Origin: an uncultured Candidatus Peribacteria bacterium
GTDB lineage: Bacteria > Patescibacteriota > Gracilibacteria > Peribacterales > Peribacteraceae
DNA length: 64,000 nucleotides
Assembly: GCA_964358505.1 (NCBI GenBank)
Contig: CAYHOS010000002.1
Location: forward strand, 9,561 to 73,560
Direction: 5' to 3'
The notes under the pieces are model-generated. The model worked only from the letters and a program-made list of their open reading frames with translations. It ran no database searches and was not told the DNA's origin. Positions 43,983 to 53,448 of this stretch are shown here, in pieces. The stretch's first letter is position 1. Each line of letters opens with the position of its first letter. The position numbers were made by a program, and so were the translations under genes.

Positions 43983-44990
43983 ATGGCCATGAAGCAACCC
44001 CATGTGATGACCGTCGGCGGCGCGACCTTCGACCTCTTCGTGCGGACGGGAGGGGCCGTCGCAACGGGGGAGGGCGGACGGAGCCTCTGCTTCCCCGTGG
44101 GGGCAAAGATCGGCGTGGAGCAGATCATCGAGACGTGCGGCGGGGGGGCCTCCAACACCGCCGTGGGGCTGGGCCGCCTGGGCTGCGCCGCCGCCTTCTG
44201 CGGCGTCGTGGGTAATGACCAATGGGGCGAGCGCATGCTCCGGAACCTGCAGGAGAATGGCGTGGATGTTTCCCCCGCGACCGTCGTGGAGGGCGAGAAC
44301 AGCAGCTCCTCCATCATCCTCTCCGTGGGAAGCGGCGAACGCATCATCCTCTACAACGCGGGCAGCAACATCCACCTGCACGACGTGACCTTCGACAAGG
44401 CGAAGGCGCAGGAACAGGACTGGATCTACCTCACGCACCTCCAGAAGCTCAGCAGCCAGATCCTGGATGACCTGGCGGCATTGACGGAAGGGAATGACCG
44501 CATCGGCATCACGTGGAATCCCGGCGGCACGCAAGTAAAGGCCGGATGGGATGCGGCGGACATCCGTCCCCTCCTGGCCCGCACGGATATCCTCCTCCTC
44601 AACAGGGAGGAGGCACTGGGCTTCACTCATTCTGCATCGGTGGACGAGGCTTTGAAAACCCTCCTCGGCGCGGGCGCGAAGACCGTGTGCGTGACGGACG
44701 GGAGGGAGGGCGCCACGGCGACGGACGGCACGCAGGTGTTCCACTGTCCCCCGCTGGAGGACGCCGAGGCGGTCGATACCACGGGCGCCGGGGACGCCTT
44801 CGGCACCGGCCTCACGTGGGCACTCCTGACCGGTTTGGACTTGTCAACCGCGCTCAGAGCAGGTACGATAAACGCTACAAGCGTCCTTGGATCTATCGGC
44901 GCGCAGGCAGGCCTCCTCACCAACACCGAGATGACGAAGCGGCTCTCCTCCCTGGACCTTCCTGTGCAGTCACGTCCATTGCACGCGTGA
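43983..44990 (+). CDS. PfkB-family carbohydrate kinase
   Basis: GGGASNTAVGLGRLG and DTTGAGDAFGTG motifs. Confidence 0.85.
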   Translation: MAMKQPHVMTVGGATFDLFVRTGGAVATGEGGRSLCFPVGAKIGVEQIIETCGGGASNTAVGLGRLGCAAAFCGVVGNDQWGERMLRNLQENGVDVSPATVVEGENSSSSIILSVGSGERIILYNAGSNIHLHDVTFDKAKAQEQDWIYLTHLQKLSSQILDDLAALTEGNDRIGITWNPGGTQVKAGWDAADIRPLLARTDILLLNREEALGFTHSASVDEALKTLLGAGAKTVCVTDGREGATATDGTQVFHCPPLEDAEAVDTTGAGDAFGTGLTWALLTGLDLSTALRAGTINATSVLGSIGAQAGLLTNTEMTKRLSSLDLPVQSRPLHA

Positions 44991-45010
44991 TATCCATCCC
45001 CTCACCCGCC

Positions 45011-45628
45011 ATGTCCGACGACTCCCTCGTGCACGTTCAGGAACTCATCGATAGCGCGATGTCCTCGCTCAAGACCGCCCACGCCATGCTGCGGGAGATG
45101 ACGGGCGTGGTGGATTCCTCGCGCGAGCGCCACATGATGCGCGCCAACGCCATCTCTTCCGCCGGCCCCGTGAGCGGGCGCGTGGTGGAGGGCGTGTTCG
45201 ACGGGCAGAACATGGTGGATGCCAACGGCCAGACATACCCCGTTCCCGCCAACTACGCCAGCAAGAGCAAGCTCGTGGAGAGCGACGGCATGAAGCTCAC
45301 CATCACCGACGAGGGGAAATTCATCTACAAGCAGATCGCCCCCGTCCCCCGCCGCACCGCGCTGGGCGTGCTCATCCAGGAAGACGGCCAGTACAAGGTG
45401 CTCGCGGAGGGCAAGGCGTTCCGGGTGCTGCTCGCTTCGGTGACGTTCTACCGCGCCGAAGTGGGCGACCAGGTGACGATCCTCCTGCCCCAGGGCGTTG
45501 ACGCAAAATGGGGCGCCGTGGAGGCCGTGATCCCCAAGCACATCGCCGAGGCCGCCGCCCGCGCCACGGTGGAAGGCGGGACGACGCACGGGGAGGATGG
45601 GGAGATGAGCCCGTCACTCGGGAAGTAA
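45011..45628 (+). CDS. conserved-looking hypothetical protein (205 aa)
   Basis: ATG 45011 within ORF 44513..45628 (MSDDSLVHVQELIDSAMSSLK...). The C-terminal half is beta-rich. No motif recognised. Confidence 0.55.
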   Translation: MSDDSLVHVQELIDSAMSSLKTAHAMLREMTGVVDSSRERHMMRANAISSAGPVSGRVVEGVFDGQNMVDANGQTYPVPANYASKSKLVESDGMKLTITDEGKFIYKQIAPVPRRTALGVLIQEDGQYKVLAEGKAFRVLLASVTFYRAEVGDQVTILLPQGVDAKWGAVEAVIPKHIAEAAARATVEGGTTHGEDGEMSPSLGK

Positions 45629-45735
45629 GGACACGGCATGCCGCGTCCTTACGATGATCCATGGAGCCATGCTTTTCTGCATGTCATGGGAAGCGCGGTA
45701 GCGCTTCCCCCCGCCCTGCGCTACCCTCAGCCCAC

Positions 45736-47031
45736 ATGAAGGTCGCCCGCGTCCTCCTCCCCCTCACCCTCGCCCTCCTGCTCGTGGCGGGGTTGCTTGC
45801 GTACCTGTGGCTGAACCTGGGCAACGCCGCGCAGGCTTTTCGCGTCCGCCCCATCCAAAACCCCCTCACCGCCAGCGTCCAGGACTTCTCCCCGGATGCC
45901 GGGGAAGGGACGGAAGGCGCCGCGCTCACGCATGTGCGGGAAGGCGACCGCAGTGCGCTCGCGGGGGATTGGAAGGGCGCGCAGGAAGCGTACGAGGCTG
46001 CCGTGGCCGCGGACGGCGGCGTGACGGCGCTCAAGAAACTCGCCCTCGCGCAGCTCCAGCGTCGTGACCTCAAGGCCGCTTCCCACACCGTCGAGCGCCT
46101 GCGGCGGGAGGGCGCCCGCGCGGAGGACATCCTCCTCCTGTCCGTCACCCTCGCCCTGCACCAACAAGACCTCACCCGGGCGGCAACGCTCCTCGGCAAG
46201 GCCGGCGAATCCCCGCACCGCCACTACGCCTCCGCCCTCCTGGCCATCGTGCAGGGGGAGCATGCACAAGCCCAGGCGGAGCTGCGCCTGGCCATGGACG
46301 GATGGGATCCGGTATTACGCACCTACGCCCGCACACTCCTGGACGCCTACGAGGAGTACGCGCTCTTCCCCCAGAGCCCCCCCATCCACCTCTCCACCCT
46401 CCTCGCCCGCAGCCTGGCGCAAGTGCAGGAATGCGCCCTCGCCCTCCCCTTCCTCAGCCGGGTGACGCAGCAGCAGGATGACTACCGCGACGCGTGGATC
46501 GTGCAGGGCTACTGCCAACTGGTCACGGAACGGACGCAGGAAGCACTGGCCTCCTTTGAGCGGAGTTACACCCTGGACCCCCAGAAGCCGGAGATCCAGT
46601 ACTTCCTGGGACGGACGTACGGCGCCATGGAGGACCACAAGAACGCCCTCACCTTCCTGCAGTACGCGCTCATGAACGGCTTCAATCCGGAGAAGGACGT
46701 GCGCCGCGCCATCGCCGCGGAGGCGGAGAAGGCAGGGAACGTGCAGCTGGCATTCGAGCAGGAGAAGATCCTCGCCACCGCTTCCGGCTCCGACCTGGCT
46801 TCCATCGCAGCGTTCGTCGCGTTGGCCCTCCGGGCGGAGCGGCAAAATGACGCCTTTGAAGCCGCGGAGAAGGCCACCCTCCGCTGGCCCGATTCCGCGC
46901 AGGCGTACGCCCTCCTGGGCTCCGCCGCGGAGGCCGCCGGGAAGAAGGATGAGGCGCGTTCCGCCTACGGGCGCGCGCTGGAGCTGGATGGCTCCCTGGA
47001 CGAGGTGAAGGAAAAACTCCTGAACTTGTGA
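45736..47031 (+). CDS. membrane-anchored TPR-repeat protein
   Basis: MKVARVLLPLTLALLLVAGLLAYLW (TM) followed by multiple TPR-like repeats. TACCCT-cagcccac-ATG. Confidence 0.75.
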   Translation: MKVARVLLPLTLALLLVAGLLAYLWLNLGNAAQAFRVRPIQNPLTASVQDFSPDAGEGTEGAALTHVREGDRSALAGDWKGAQEAYEAAVAADGGVTALKKLALAQLQRRDLKAASHTVERLRREGARAEDILLLSVTLALHQQDLTRAATLLGKAGESPHRHYASALLAIVQGEHAQAQAELRLAMDGWDPVLRTYARTLLDAYEEYALFPQSPPIHLSTLLARSLAQVQECALALPFLSRVTQQQDDYRDAWIVQGYCQLVTERTQEALASFERSYTLDPQKPEIQYFLGRTYGAMEDHKNALTFLQYALMNGFNPEKDVRRAIAAEAEKAGNVQLAFEQEKILATASGSDLASIAAFVALALRAERQNDAFEAAEKATLRWPDSAQAYALLGSAAEAAGKKDEARSAYGRALELDGSLDEVKEKLLNL

Positions 47032-47067
47032 TACCAGCATGCAATGGAAAGTGGTGTGCTGACGAAC

Positions 47068-47105
47068 AAAAAGACCGGCTTTCACCGATCTTTTTGTTTT
47101 TGTCT
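47068..47105. terminator. bidirectional intrinsic terminator
   Basis: AAAAAGACCGG-ctttca-CCGATCTTTTT followed by tgtttttgtctttt. The A-tract and T-tract allow termination in both directions. Confidence 0.7.
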
Positions 47106-47740
47106 TTTCCTCCCTGCGGACTATCAACGCCGAGTCACATGAGTCGAGCGCTGAGCCCCGTAATTGGAGAGGAGGACAGTGGGGGGAGGAGCCCCCGCTC
47201 CCTGCCTTGCTCGGGTTTCTTGTTTCTCCTCGGAACCCTCCGAAGTCCCCGTACCGGCCTGCCGCGAAGTGACGTGAGTCTCTTGGGAGGCACTGGGGAG
47301 AAGCAGGATGCACGCCGCTGGAGCGTCCTCACTTCCGCGGCGTGACATTGCAGAGCAGAGAGAATGGTAGCCGCTTGGTGTCCCGGGCACGCCCGCGCAT
47401 GCGGACGATACCGGAGGACAGGAACGGTCCGCACATCCCCGGATGCGCGGAAAGTCTTGAGCTTATGGGAAGGGACGGACCTCGGGAGCACAATGGATTG
47501 TGCGGAGGAGCGTGTTCCAGCCAGGGTGCCGTTTGGGACGGCCACCACCCTCTCTGCGGGAATCAGGGATCGATCCGCTCTCTCTTTCCGATTCCTGATT
47601 CCTTTCCTGTGTGTGTCAATGATCTGTTTTTGGGTTCTGTTTCCCTCTGTTTGTGCGCCCCGGGGCGCTTGTGTGTTTGTCTGTTTCTGTTGGTGATTTG
47701 CTCCCCACCCTTCGTTGGTACTCCAGGCGAGGAACAAATC
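47068..47740 (-). ncRNA. candidate large structured non-coding RNA, unclassified (paralog 2)
   Basis: 830-nt gap with no credible gene. Minus-strand promoter-like TTGCAC-16-TACGAT (reverse complement of 47746-47773). 18-bp helix 47540-47557/47355-47372 with 3 G-U pairs on the minus-strand reading. Block-wise homology to 16346-16912. Confidence 0.45.
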
Positions 47741-47865
47741 TGGGCATCGTACTCCGTATTGGATAACGTGCAAGATTTTGCGCTGGCGTAGAGCGGTGTA
47801 TTGTTTCACGAATACATTTTGTATTCAGGGAGACAGGAACCGATTATCCGCTAGAATCCCACAAA

Positions 47866-49263
47866 ATGACCGCTCCCCCACGCCTCCCGCGCCTCCTCCT
47901 CCCCCTTGCCATAGCCCTCCTCTTGGCTGTGTTGGGAACGGCACTCGTTTTCGCGGCTTTTCTCTTCCCTTCCAGGCAGAAGACGACGGCTGAGCTCCTG
48001 CCGGCGCGTGAAACCGTTGCCCTCTTCCACAATCTCACGACGGAGGATGCCGAGCGCTTCGCCCCGCGCTTCCCCATCCTGCAGGAAATCCCCCTCCCCC
48101 GGGAAGGCGGAACGGACGTTGCCATTGTGCGGCACCAGAACGGCAAGTACGGCTGGGTGGTGTTCCTCACGGGTGAGGCGGCAAAGGCCGTCAGCTCGCG
48201 CTTCCCGCTCGATACCGAGGACCTCGTGGTACGCGGCTCATCCGGCGCCCTTGCCCTGCTCGCAAGGCCCAATGTCCCCTCCCTCGCGAAGCTTGCAGAT
48301 TACCGAACACTCGTCCGGCTGGCGCCGCAGGAGAGGACGTGGCTGTTCCTCTCGGGCAACGTGATCCTTTCCGGGATCACGGAGGAGGACCGGCAGCTGC
48401 TGCAGCGCCTCAAGGACCATCCTTCCCTCCTCATCCAATGGGAGGATACCCGCGCCACCCTCTCCTTCGTGTCCCCCGCCTTGGGCGCCGTCCGGCTCTC
48501 CATGCCGCCCCCCGCGCTGGAACCCTCCCCCTCGTTCTCCGCCGCATTCACGCATCCTCAGAGGACGACGGAAGACCTGGCTTCCCTGTTCTCCCCTGCC
48601 GCCTCCCTCCTGTTGGAGGGGATAGTGCAACGGGAATGGGAACGGCTCATAGGAACGGAGGCGAGCGGGCGCTACGACCTCCTCCCGCTGCTGGGGAGGG
48701 AAGCCTCCGTGAGCGTCCTGCGGAGCCAGAGCGGGAGCCTGCGCTTCCTCCTGCAAACGCACACGCAGGACCCGGATGCGGCCAAGCGCATCGACCGCCT
48801 CCACCGCAGCGTCAAGCAGGCGCTCTCCACGCAGCGCATCGTGAGCCGGAACCTCCCCGAAGGCTTCGCGGTGACCACGATCGAGGATGACCCGGCGGTG
48901 ATCAACGAGGTACGGTCGCAATCGGGTGCATGGGCGATGCGGATGACGCGCCGGACGGACACGGGGGAGGGACTATGGACCGCTACGAACGGCCGCCGCC
49001 TCTTCCTCTCCAATGATCCTGCATGGTTGCTGCAGGTGATGATGAGGAATCCCGTCCCCTCCCTCACCCTCTCCCCGGGGCCGGGCACGCCGACCATGGG
49101 CGGGATCGTGGAGCGCACCGCTCTCCGGGGCTTCTTCAAGAACACCCTCAACCTCACCCTCCCCTCCACCCTCCTCTCCACCTTCGGCCCGCAGGGCGAC
49201 CGGTTCCTCTGGTCCGTTTCCCACACAGGGCTTGTGGCGACGGTGACGGTGGAAGGCGAATGA
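47866..49263 (+). CDS. membrane-anchored hypothetical protein (465 aa)
   Basis: N-terminal TM LLLPLAIALLLAVLGTALVFAAFLF followed by a large extracytoplasmic domain. TAGAAT-cccacaaa-ATG. Confidence 0.65.
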   Translation: MTAPPRLPRLLLPLAIALLLAVLGTALVFAAFLFPSRQKTTAELLPARETVALFHNLTTEDAERFAPRFPILQEIPLPREGGTDVAIVRHQNGKYGWVVFLTGEAAKAVSSRFPLDTEDLVVRGSSGALALLARPNVPSLAKLADYRTLVRLAPQERTWLFLSGNVILSGITEEDRQLLQRLKDHPSLLIQWEDTRATLSFVSPALGAVRLSMPPPALEPSPSFSAAFTHPQRTTEDLASLFSPAASLLLEGIVQREWERLIGTEASGRYDLLPLLGREASVSVLRSQSGSLRFLLQTHTQDPDAAKRIDRLHRSVKQALSTQRIVSRNLPEGFAVTTIEDDPAVINEVRSQSGAWAMRMTRRTDTGEGLWTATNGRRLFLSNDPAWLLQVMMRNPVPSLTLSPGPGTPTMGGIVERTALRGFFKNTLNLTLPSTLLSTFGPQGDRFLWSVSHTGLVATVTVEGE

Positions 49264-49413
49264 ATTCGCATATTCAGATGCCCGGTAGCCGGCGGTTTAC
49301 CTGCCCACCATAGCCTTGGCGAAGGTGGGAACCGCCGGCTACCGATGGCACGGGGCCGGGAATTCATTCCCATAGCTAGCAATATCGCCCGGGAACCGTT
49401 ACTCTCCTCCCCG

Positions 49414-50316
49414 ATGTCATTCCAACGCCTCTCCCTCTTCGCCCTGATCCTCTCCGCCCTGGCGGTCGTGGCCTCGGGCATCCTCCTCTTCAAGCCCGGC
49501 CCCAAGTTCAGCATCGAGTTCACGGGCGGGACATTGATGGAAGTGGAACTCCCGGCGGGGGAGACCAAGGCCGACCTTTCCACGGCGATGGCCGCCTATG
49601 TGCCCAAGGACGGGGAAGGGACGGGGCAGTATGCCGTCTCCGCCGTGAAGAGCGTGGGCGGCGGGAGCTCCTTCGTCATCCGCATGCGCCCCATCGATAA
49701 CGAGGAACACGTGGCGCTGCTCGGGCACCTGGGGCAGGCGTTCCCGGGGATGAAGGAACTGCACTTCAACACCATCGGGCCGAGCGTGAGCAAGAGCCTG
49801 AAGAACAAGACCTTCCTGGCCATCGGCGTGGCGTCCGTGGCCATCATCACCTACCTCGCATTCTCCTTCCGCAAGCTCCCCCGCAGGCTCAACCCCTGGA
49901 AATTCGGCTTCCTGGCCGTGGTGGCCTTCATCCATGACGTCATCGTGACCGCGGGCGTGTTCGTGGTCATCGGGCAGTACACCAGCTTCGAGTTCGATAC
50001 CCTCTTCGTCACGGCCCTCCTCACCATCCTCGCCTACTCCACGAGCGACACCATCGTGATCTTCGACCGCATCCGCGCCAATCTGGGCTACGAGAACCGC
50101 TCGGAGAGCTTCGCCACAACGGCTGCCCGCGGCCTCAGGGAGAGCGTGGCGCGCACCATGGGGACGGGCATCTCCACCCTCATCATGCTCACGGCCCTCT
50201 TCTTCCTGGGCGCGGAGAGCATCCGCTGGTTCATCCTCGCCCTGATCTTCGGGATCATCATCGGGACGTACTCCTCGTACTTCGTGGCGTCGGCCTTGTT
50301 GATACGATGGAAGTGA
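49414..50316 (+). CDS. secF: protein translocase subunit SecF
   Basis: FSIEFTGGTLMEVEL followed by a six-TM SecF topology. ATG 49414. Confidence 0.85.
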   Translation: MSFQRLSLFALILSALAVVASGILLFKPGPKFSIEFTGGTLMEVELPAGETKADLSTAMAAYVPKDGEGTGQYAVSAVKSVGGGSSFVIRMRPIDNEEHVALLGHLGQAFPGMKELHFNTIGPSVSKSLKNKTFLAIGVASVAIITYLAFSFRKLPRRLNPWKFGFLAVVAFIHDVIVTAGVFVVIGQYTSFEFDTLFVTALLTILAYSTSDTIVIFDRIRANLGYENRSESFATTAARGLRESVARTMGTGISTLIMLTALFFLGAESIRWFILALIFGIIIGTYSSYFVASALLIRWK

Positions 50317-51578
50317 AGAAACTCCCCGCCGGCCGCACCCAAGCGATGATCATGTTCGGCGAGAACGAGGTGACGCAGGCGGAGGAAATCGCCCTCAAGC
50401 GCAGGGCTGCGGGTGTTACCGTCCCCGGCTTCCGCCCCGGCAAGGCTCCGCTGGACGCGGTGCGGACGAAGACCGACCCGGAGGACGTTTTCGATGACGT
50501 CGTGCGCTCCCTCGTCTCCCCCTTCCTCCGCACCATCGCGGAGGAACACAAGCTCAAGCCCATCATCCCCCCTTCCGTCACGGTCGAGACCGTCAAGCCG
50601 CTGAAGGTGACCCTGACCTTCGTGGAGCGCCCCCCCGTGAAGGTGAAGGGCGGCAACAAGATGACAGTCAAGAAAACGGAACCGAAAGTTGACGGGAAGG
50701 ACGTGGAGCGGATGGTGCAGTACCTGCTGGAGCAGGAACGGACCTTCACGCAAGTGGACCGCGCCGCCAAGGAAGGCGACCAGGTGACCATGGACTTCCA
50801 CGCCACGGACAAGGAGGGCGCCGACGTGCCGGGCACGCGCGCCAGGGGCTACGCGAACATCCTCGGGAGCAAGACGCTGCTCCCGGGCTTCGAGGAGGCG
50901 CTCCACGGCCTCAAGAAAGGCGGGAAGAAGAGCTTCCCCCTCACCTTCCCGGAGAAGTACCACGCCGGGCACCTGCGGGGGAAGCCCGTGACATTCCACG
51001 TGGACGTGACGAAAGTGGAGGAGACGCACACGCCGGAGCTCAACGAGGAATTCGTGAAGAAGCACGAGTTGGGCAAATCACCCGAGGACTTGAGGAAGCG
51101 CATTGAGGACTCCCTGCGCGCGCAGGAGGAGGATGCCGAGCGGCACCGCCGCGAGCGGGAGCTCTACGACGCCATTGTCAAGGCCACCCAGGCGGACCTG
51201 GCGCCGGAACTGGTGTCCCGGGTGGAACGCTCCCTGTCGGCGGAGATGGAGGAGGAGCTGGGGAAGAAGAACACGACCCTCCGGGACTGGATGGAGAAGA
51301 CGAAGAAGACGCCCGAGGCGCTGCACAAGGACCTGGAGGAACAGGCCAAGCGCCGCTTGCTCCTGCGCTTCGGCATCGAGCAGCTGATGGAGGAGCGGAA
51401 GATCACGGTGGAGGATGGCGACGTGGAAGCGCTCGCGGGGGAGATCCTGGCTTCCGTCCCCCCGGAGCAACAGGAAGAGGCTAAGCGCCGCCTGGCGAAA
51501 GGGGGCGAGGAATACGAGCAGCTGCGGTGGAAGAAGATGGTGGAGAAACTTATTGAAGAGATGCTCAAGGCGAAATAA
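50307..51578 (+). CDS. tig: trigger factor
   Basis: VTVPGFRPGKAP motif, an FKBP-like middle domain and a helical C-terminal domain. Overlaps the secF stop. Confidence 0.9.
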   Translation: MEVKKLPAGRTQAMIMFGENEVTQAEEIALKRRAAGVTVPGFRPGKAPLDAVRTKTDPEDVFDDVVRSLVSPFLRTIAEEHKLKPIIPPSVTVETVKPLKVTLTFVERPPVKVKGGNKMTVKKTEPKVDGKDVERMVQYLLEQERTFTQVDRAAKEGDQVTMDFHATDKEGADVPGTRARGYANILGSKTLLPGFEEALHGLKKGGKKSFPLTFPEKYHAGHLRGKPVTFHVDVTKVEETHTPELNEEFVKKHELGKSPEDLRKRIEDSLRAQEEDAERHRRERELYDAIVKATQADLAPELVSRVERSLSAEMEEELGKKNTTLRDWMEKTKKTPEALHKDLEEQAKRRLLLRFGIEQLMEERKITVEDGDVEALAGEILASVPPEQQEEAKRRLAKGGEEYEQLRWKKMVEKLIEEMLKAK

Positions 51579-51701
51579 TGCCACCACCCGCACAAAAGAG
51601 GCAGGCATCCGAAACCCTCCGAAGCTTTCCCCCGGTTTACTCGGTGTCACCGCTGCCTCCAGAGGAAAGCCATCAGGGGCGAAGGAGGGTTGAGGAGATG
51701 C

Positions 51702-53414
51702 TCAAAGGTTGACATCCTCGATCTGCGGAACCTTCCGCAGGATCTCCTCCCGGAACTCCGGGTTGAACTCCATCACGCGCATGTACTCCTGGAGCCCCTC
51801 CCGGTACATCCCCTTCTTGCCGTAGGCATCGGCCAGGTTGATGCGCGTCTGCGCGAAGTTGGGCTTCACCTCCAGCGCCCCGCGGAACGCCGCGATGGCG
51901 CCGTCCAGGTTCCCCCGGTCCTGCAGCAGGCTCCCCAACGCGTTGTAGGCGGCAAGGAAGCGCGGATCCGCTTCCGTGGCCTCCCGGTACAGCGCCAGGG
52001 CGCGCTCCCCATCCCCCGTCGCCTGAGCCAGTTTCCCCAGGCCGTAGAGGGCCGGGGCGAACGACGGGCGGACGCGCAGCGCATCCTCGTACCGGCCTCG
52101 CGCACCCTCCAAGTCCCCGTCCTCTTCCCGGAGAATGCCCATATTATTGCGCAGTTCGGCGCTCGCGGGATTCCGCGCCAGTGCGGCTGTGAAGAGTGTT
52201 TCGCTATCGTGCCACAGGAGGCTCCGACGCCATGCTCCCCACCCCGCGATGATGAGGACGGTCGAAACGGCAGCCGCGGTGATGCCCCGGACGGTACGGG
52301 AGGAATGGAGAAGGCGCATGAGGAGGATTCCCAGCAGGAACAGGAAGCCGACCTGCGCCAGGTACATGTACCTGTCGGAGGTGACGTACACGGCGCCGGC
52401 CTTGGAGAAGTTGGCGAAGGAAGGGAGGAGGAAGAGCGCCGCAATCCCCAGACCGAACGCGACATCCCTCGTGCGACGGAGAGACCACCGGACGGCCACG
52501 GTGACGGCGAGAAGAAGGAACAGCGGGAGGAAGAATTCCGCGGAACGGAGCGCTACCGGCGTCGCCTGGAGGAAGAGGAGGGAGAAGCGCGGGAAGAGGA
52601 AAAGGGAGGTGGAGAGGACGGTGCTCTTCGCGGAAAGGAGGGCGGTCTGCAGGAGCGTGAGGGACTGGATATTCTCCGCCTTCCCGAAGAACCCGATGGC
52701 CAGGAAGACGCTGCTGAGGAAGAAGAACGGGAGTGCCTCCTTCAGCGCCTTTCCCTTCGGCGATGTTCCCTCGCGCCAGTGCAGGAGGAGGAAGACGAAG
52801 GGAAGGACCATTGCCGTCGGCTTTGCGAGGAGCGAGAGGAGGAGGGCTGCGAAAGATCCGCGGAACGCCGCGCGCGACCCCCCTTCCCGGAAGCGGAGGT
52901 AGAGGAACAGCGACACGAGCGCCAGCGCCCCGCTGAGCACGTCTTTCCGCGCGCTCGCCCACGCCACGGCCTCCGCGTTGAGCGGATGGACGGCGAAGAG
53001 GAGCGCGCAGAGGAGGGCCGCGATCTCCACCGTGCCTTCACTCCCGGATGCAGGCTTTCTATGACCATCGGGTGCGGGCCTCCGGCCAGCGGAAAGCAGC
53101 ATGCGCAGGACCAGGAACACCAGAAGGGACGCGACGCCATGCAGGACGAGGTTCGTGAGGTGGAAGAAAAACGGCCGGAAGCCGAAGAGCGCGTGCTCCG
53201 CCTGGAACGTGAGCGTTGTGAGCGGCACGTAGAGTTCCGGGTCGTAGGAGGTGAAGGCCGCGCGCACGGCGGAGCGCGAGAGGGACCGGACAATGGGGTT
53301 CTCCGTAATGAGCTCATGGTCATCCCACAGGACGAAGCCGTTCCCCAGCGACTGGCCGTACACGAGAAGCGCGGCGAGCGGCGGGAGCAACGGGAGCAGC
53401 CTGTGACGCGTCAT
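51702..53414 (-). CDS. polytopic membrane protein with C-terminal TPR repeats (TMTC/PMT-like putative glycosyltransferase)
   Basis: YGQSLGNGFVLWDDHELITENP N-terminus, about 10 TM segments and about 5 TPR repeats at the C-terminus. Confidence 0.75.
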   Translation of the reverse strand: MTRHRLLPLLPPLAALLVYGQSLGNGFVLWDDHELITENPIVRSLSRSAVRAAFTSYDPELYVPLTTLTFQAEHALFGFRPFFFHLTNLVLHGVASLLVFLVLRMLLSAGRRPAPDGHRKPASGSEGTVEIAALLCALLFAVHPLNAEAVAWASARKDVLSGALALVSLFLYLRFREGGSRAAFRGSFAALLLSLLAKPTAMVLPFVFLLLHWREGTSPKGKALKEALPFFFLSSVFLAIGFFGKAENIQSLTLLQTALLSAKSTVLSTSLFLFPRFSLLFLQATPVALRSAEFFLPLFLLLAVTVAVRWSLRRTRDVAFGLGIAALFLLPSFANFSKAGAVYVTSDRYMYLAQVGFLFLLGILLMRLLHSSRTVRGITAAAVSTVLIIAGWGAWRRSLLWHDSETLFTAALARNPASAELRNNMGILREEDGDLEGARGRYEDALRVRPSFAPALYGLGKLAQATGDGERALALYREATEADPRFLAAYNALGSLLQDRGNLDGAIAAFRGALEVKPNFAQTRINLADAYGKKGMYREGLQEYMRVMEFNPEFREEILRKVPQIEDVNL

Positions 53415-53448
53415 GGCGGGATTCTACACTGCGGGACTTCCGTCGGTA

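Noticed and set aside
47135-47809. 224-aa minus-strand ORF filling the large gap
   Set aside because: Arg/Pro/Lys/Gln-rich low-complexity translation with no motif. The nucleotide blocks it shares with 16346-16912 fall in different reading frames there, so the conservation is not at the protein level.
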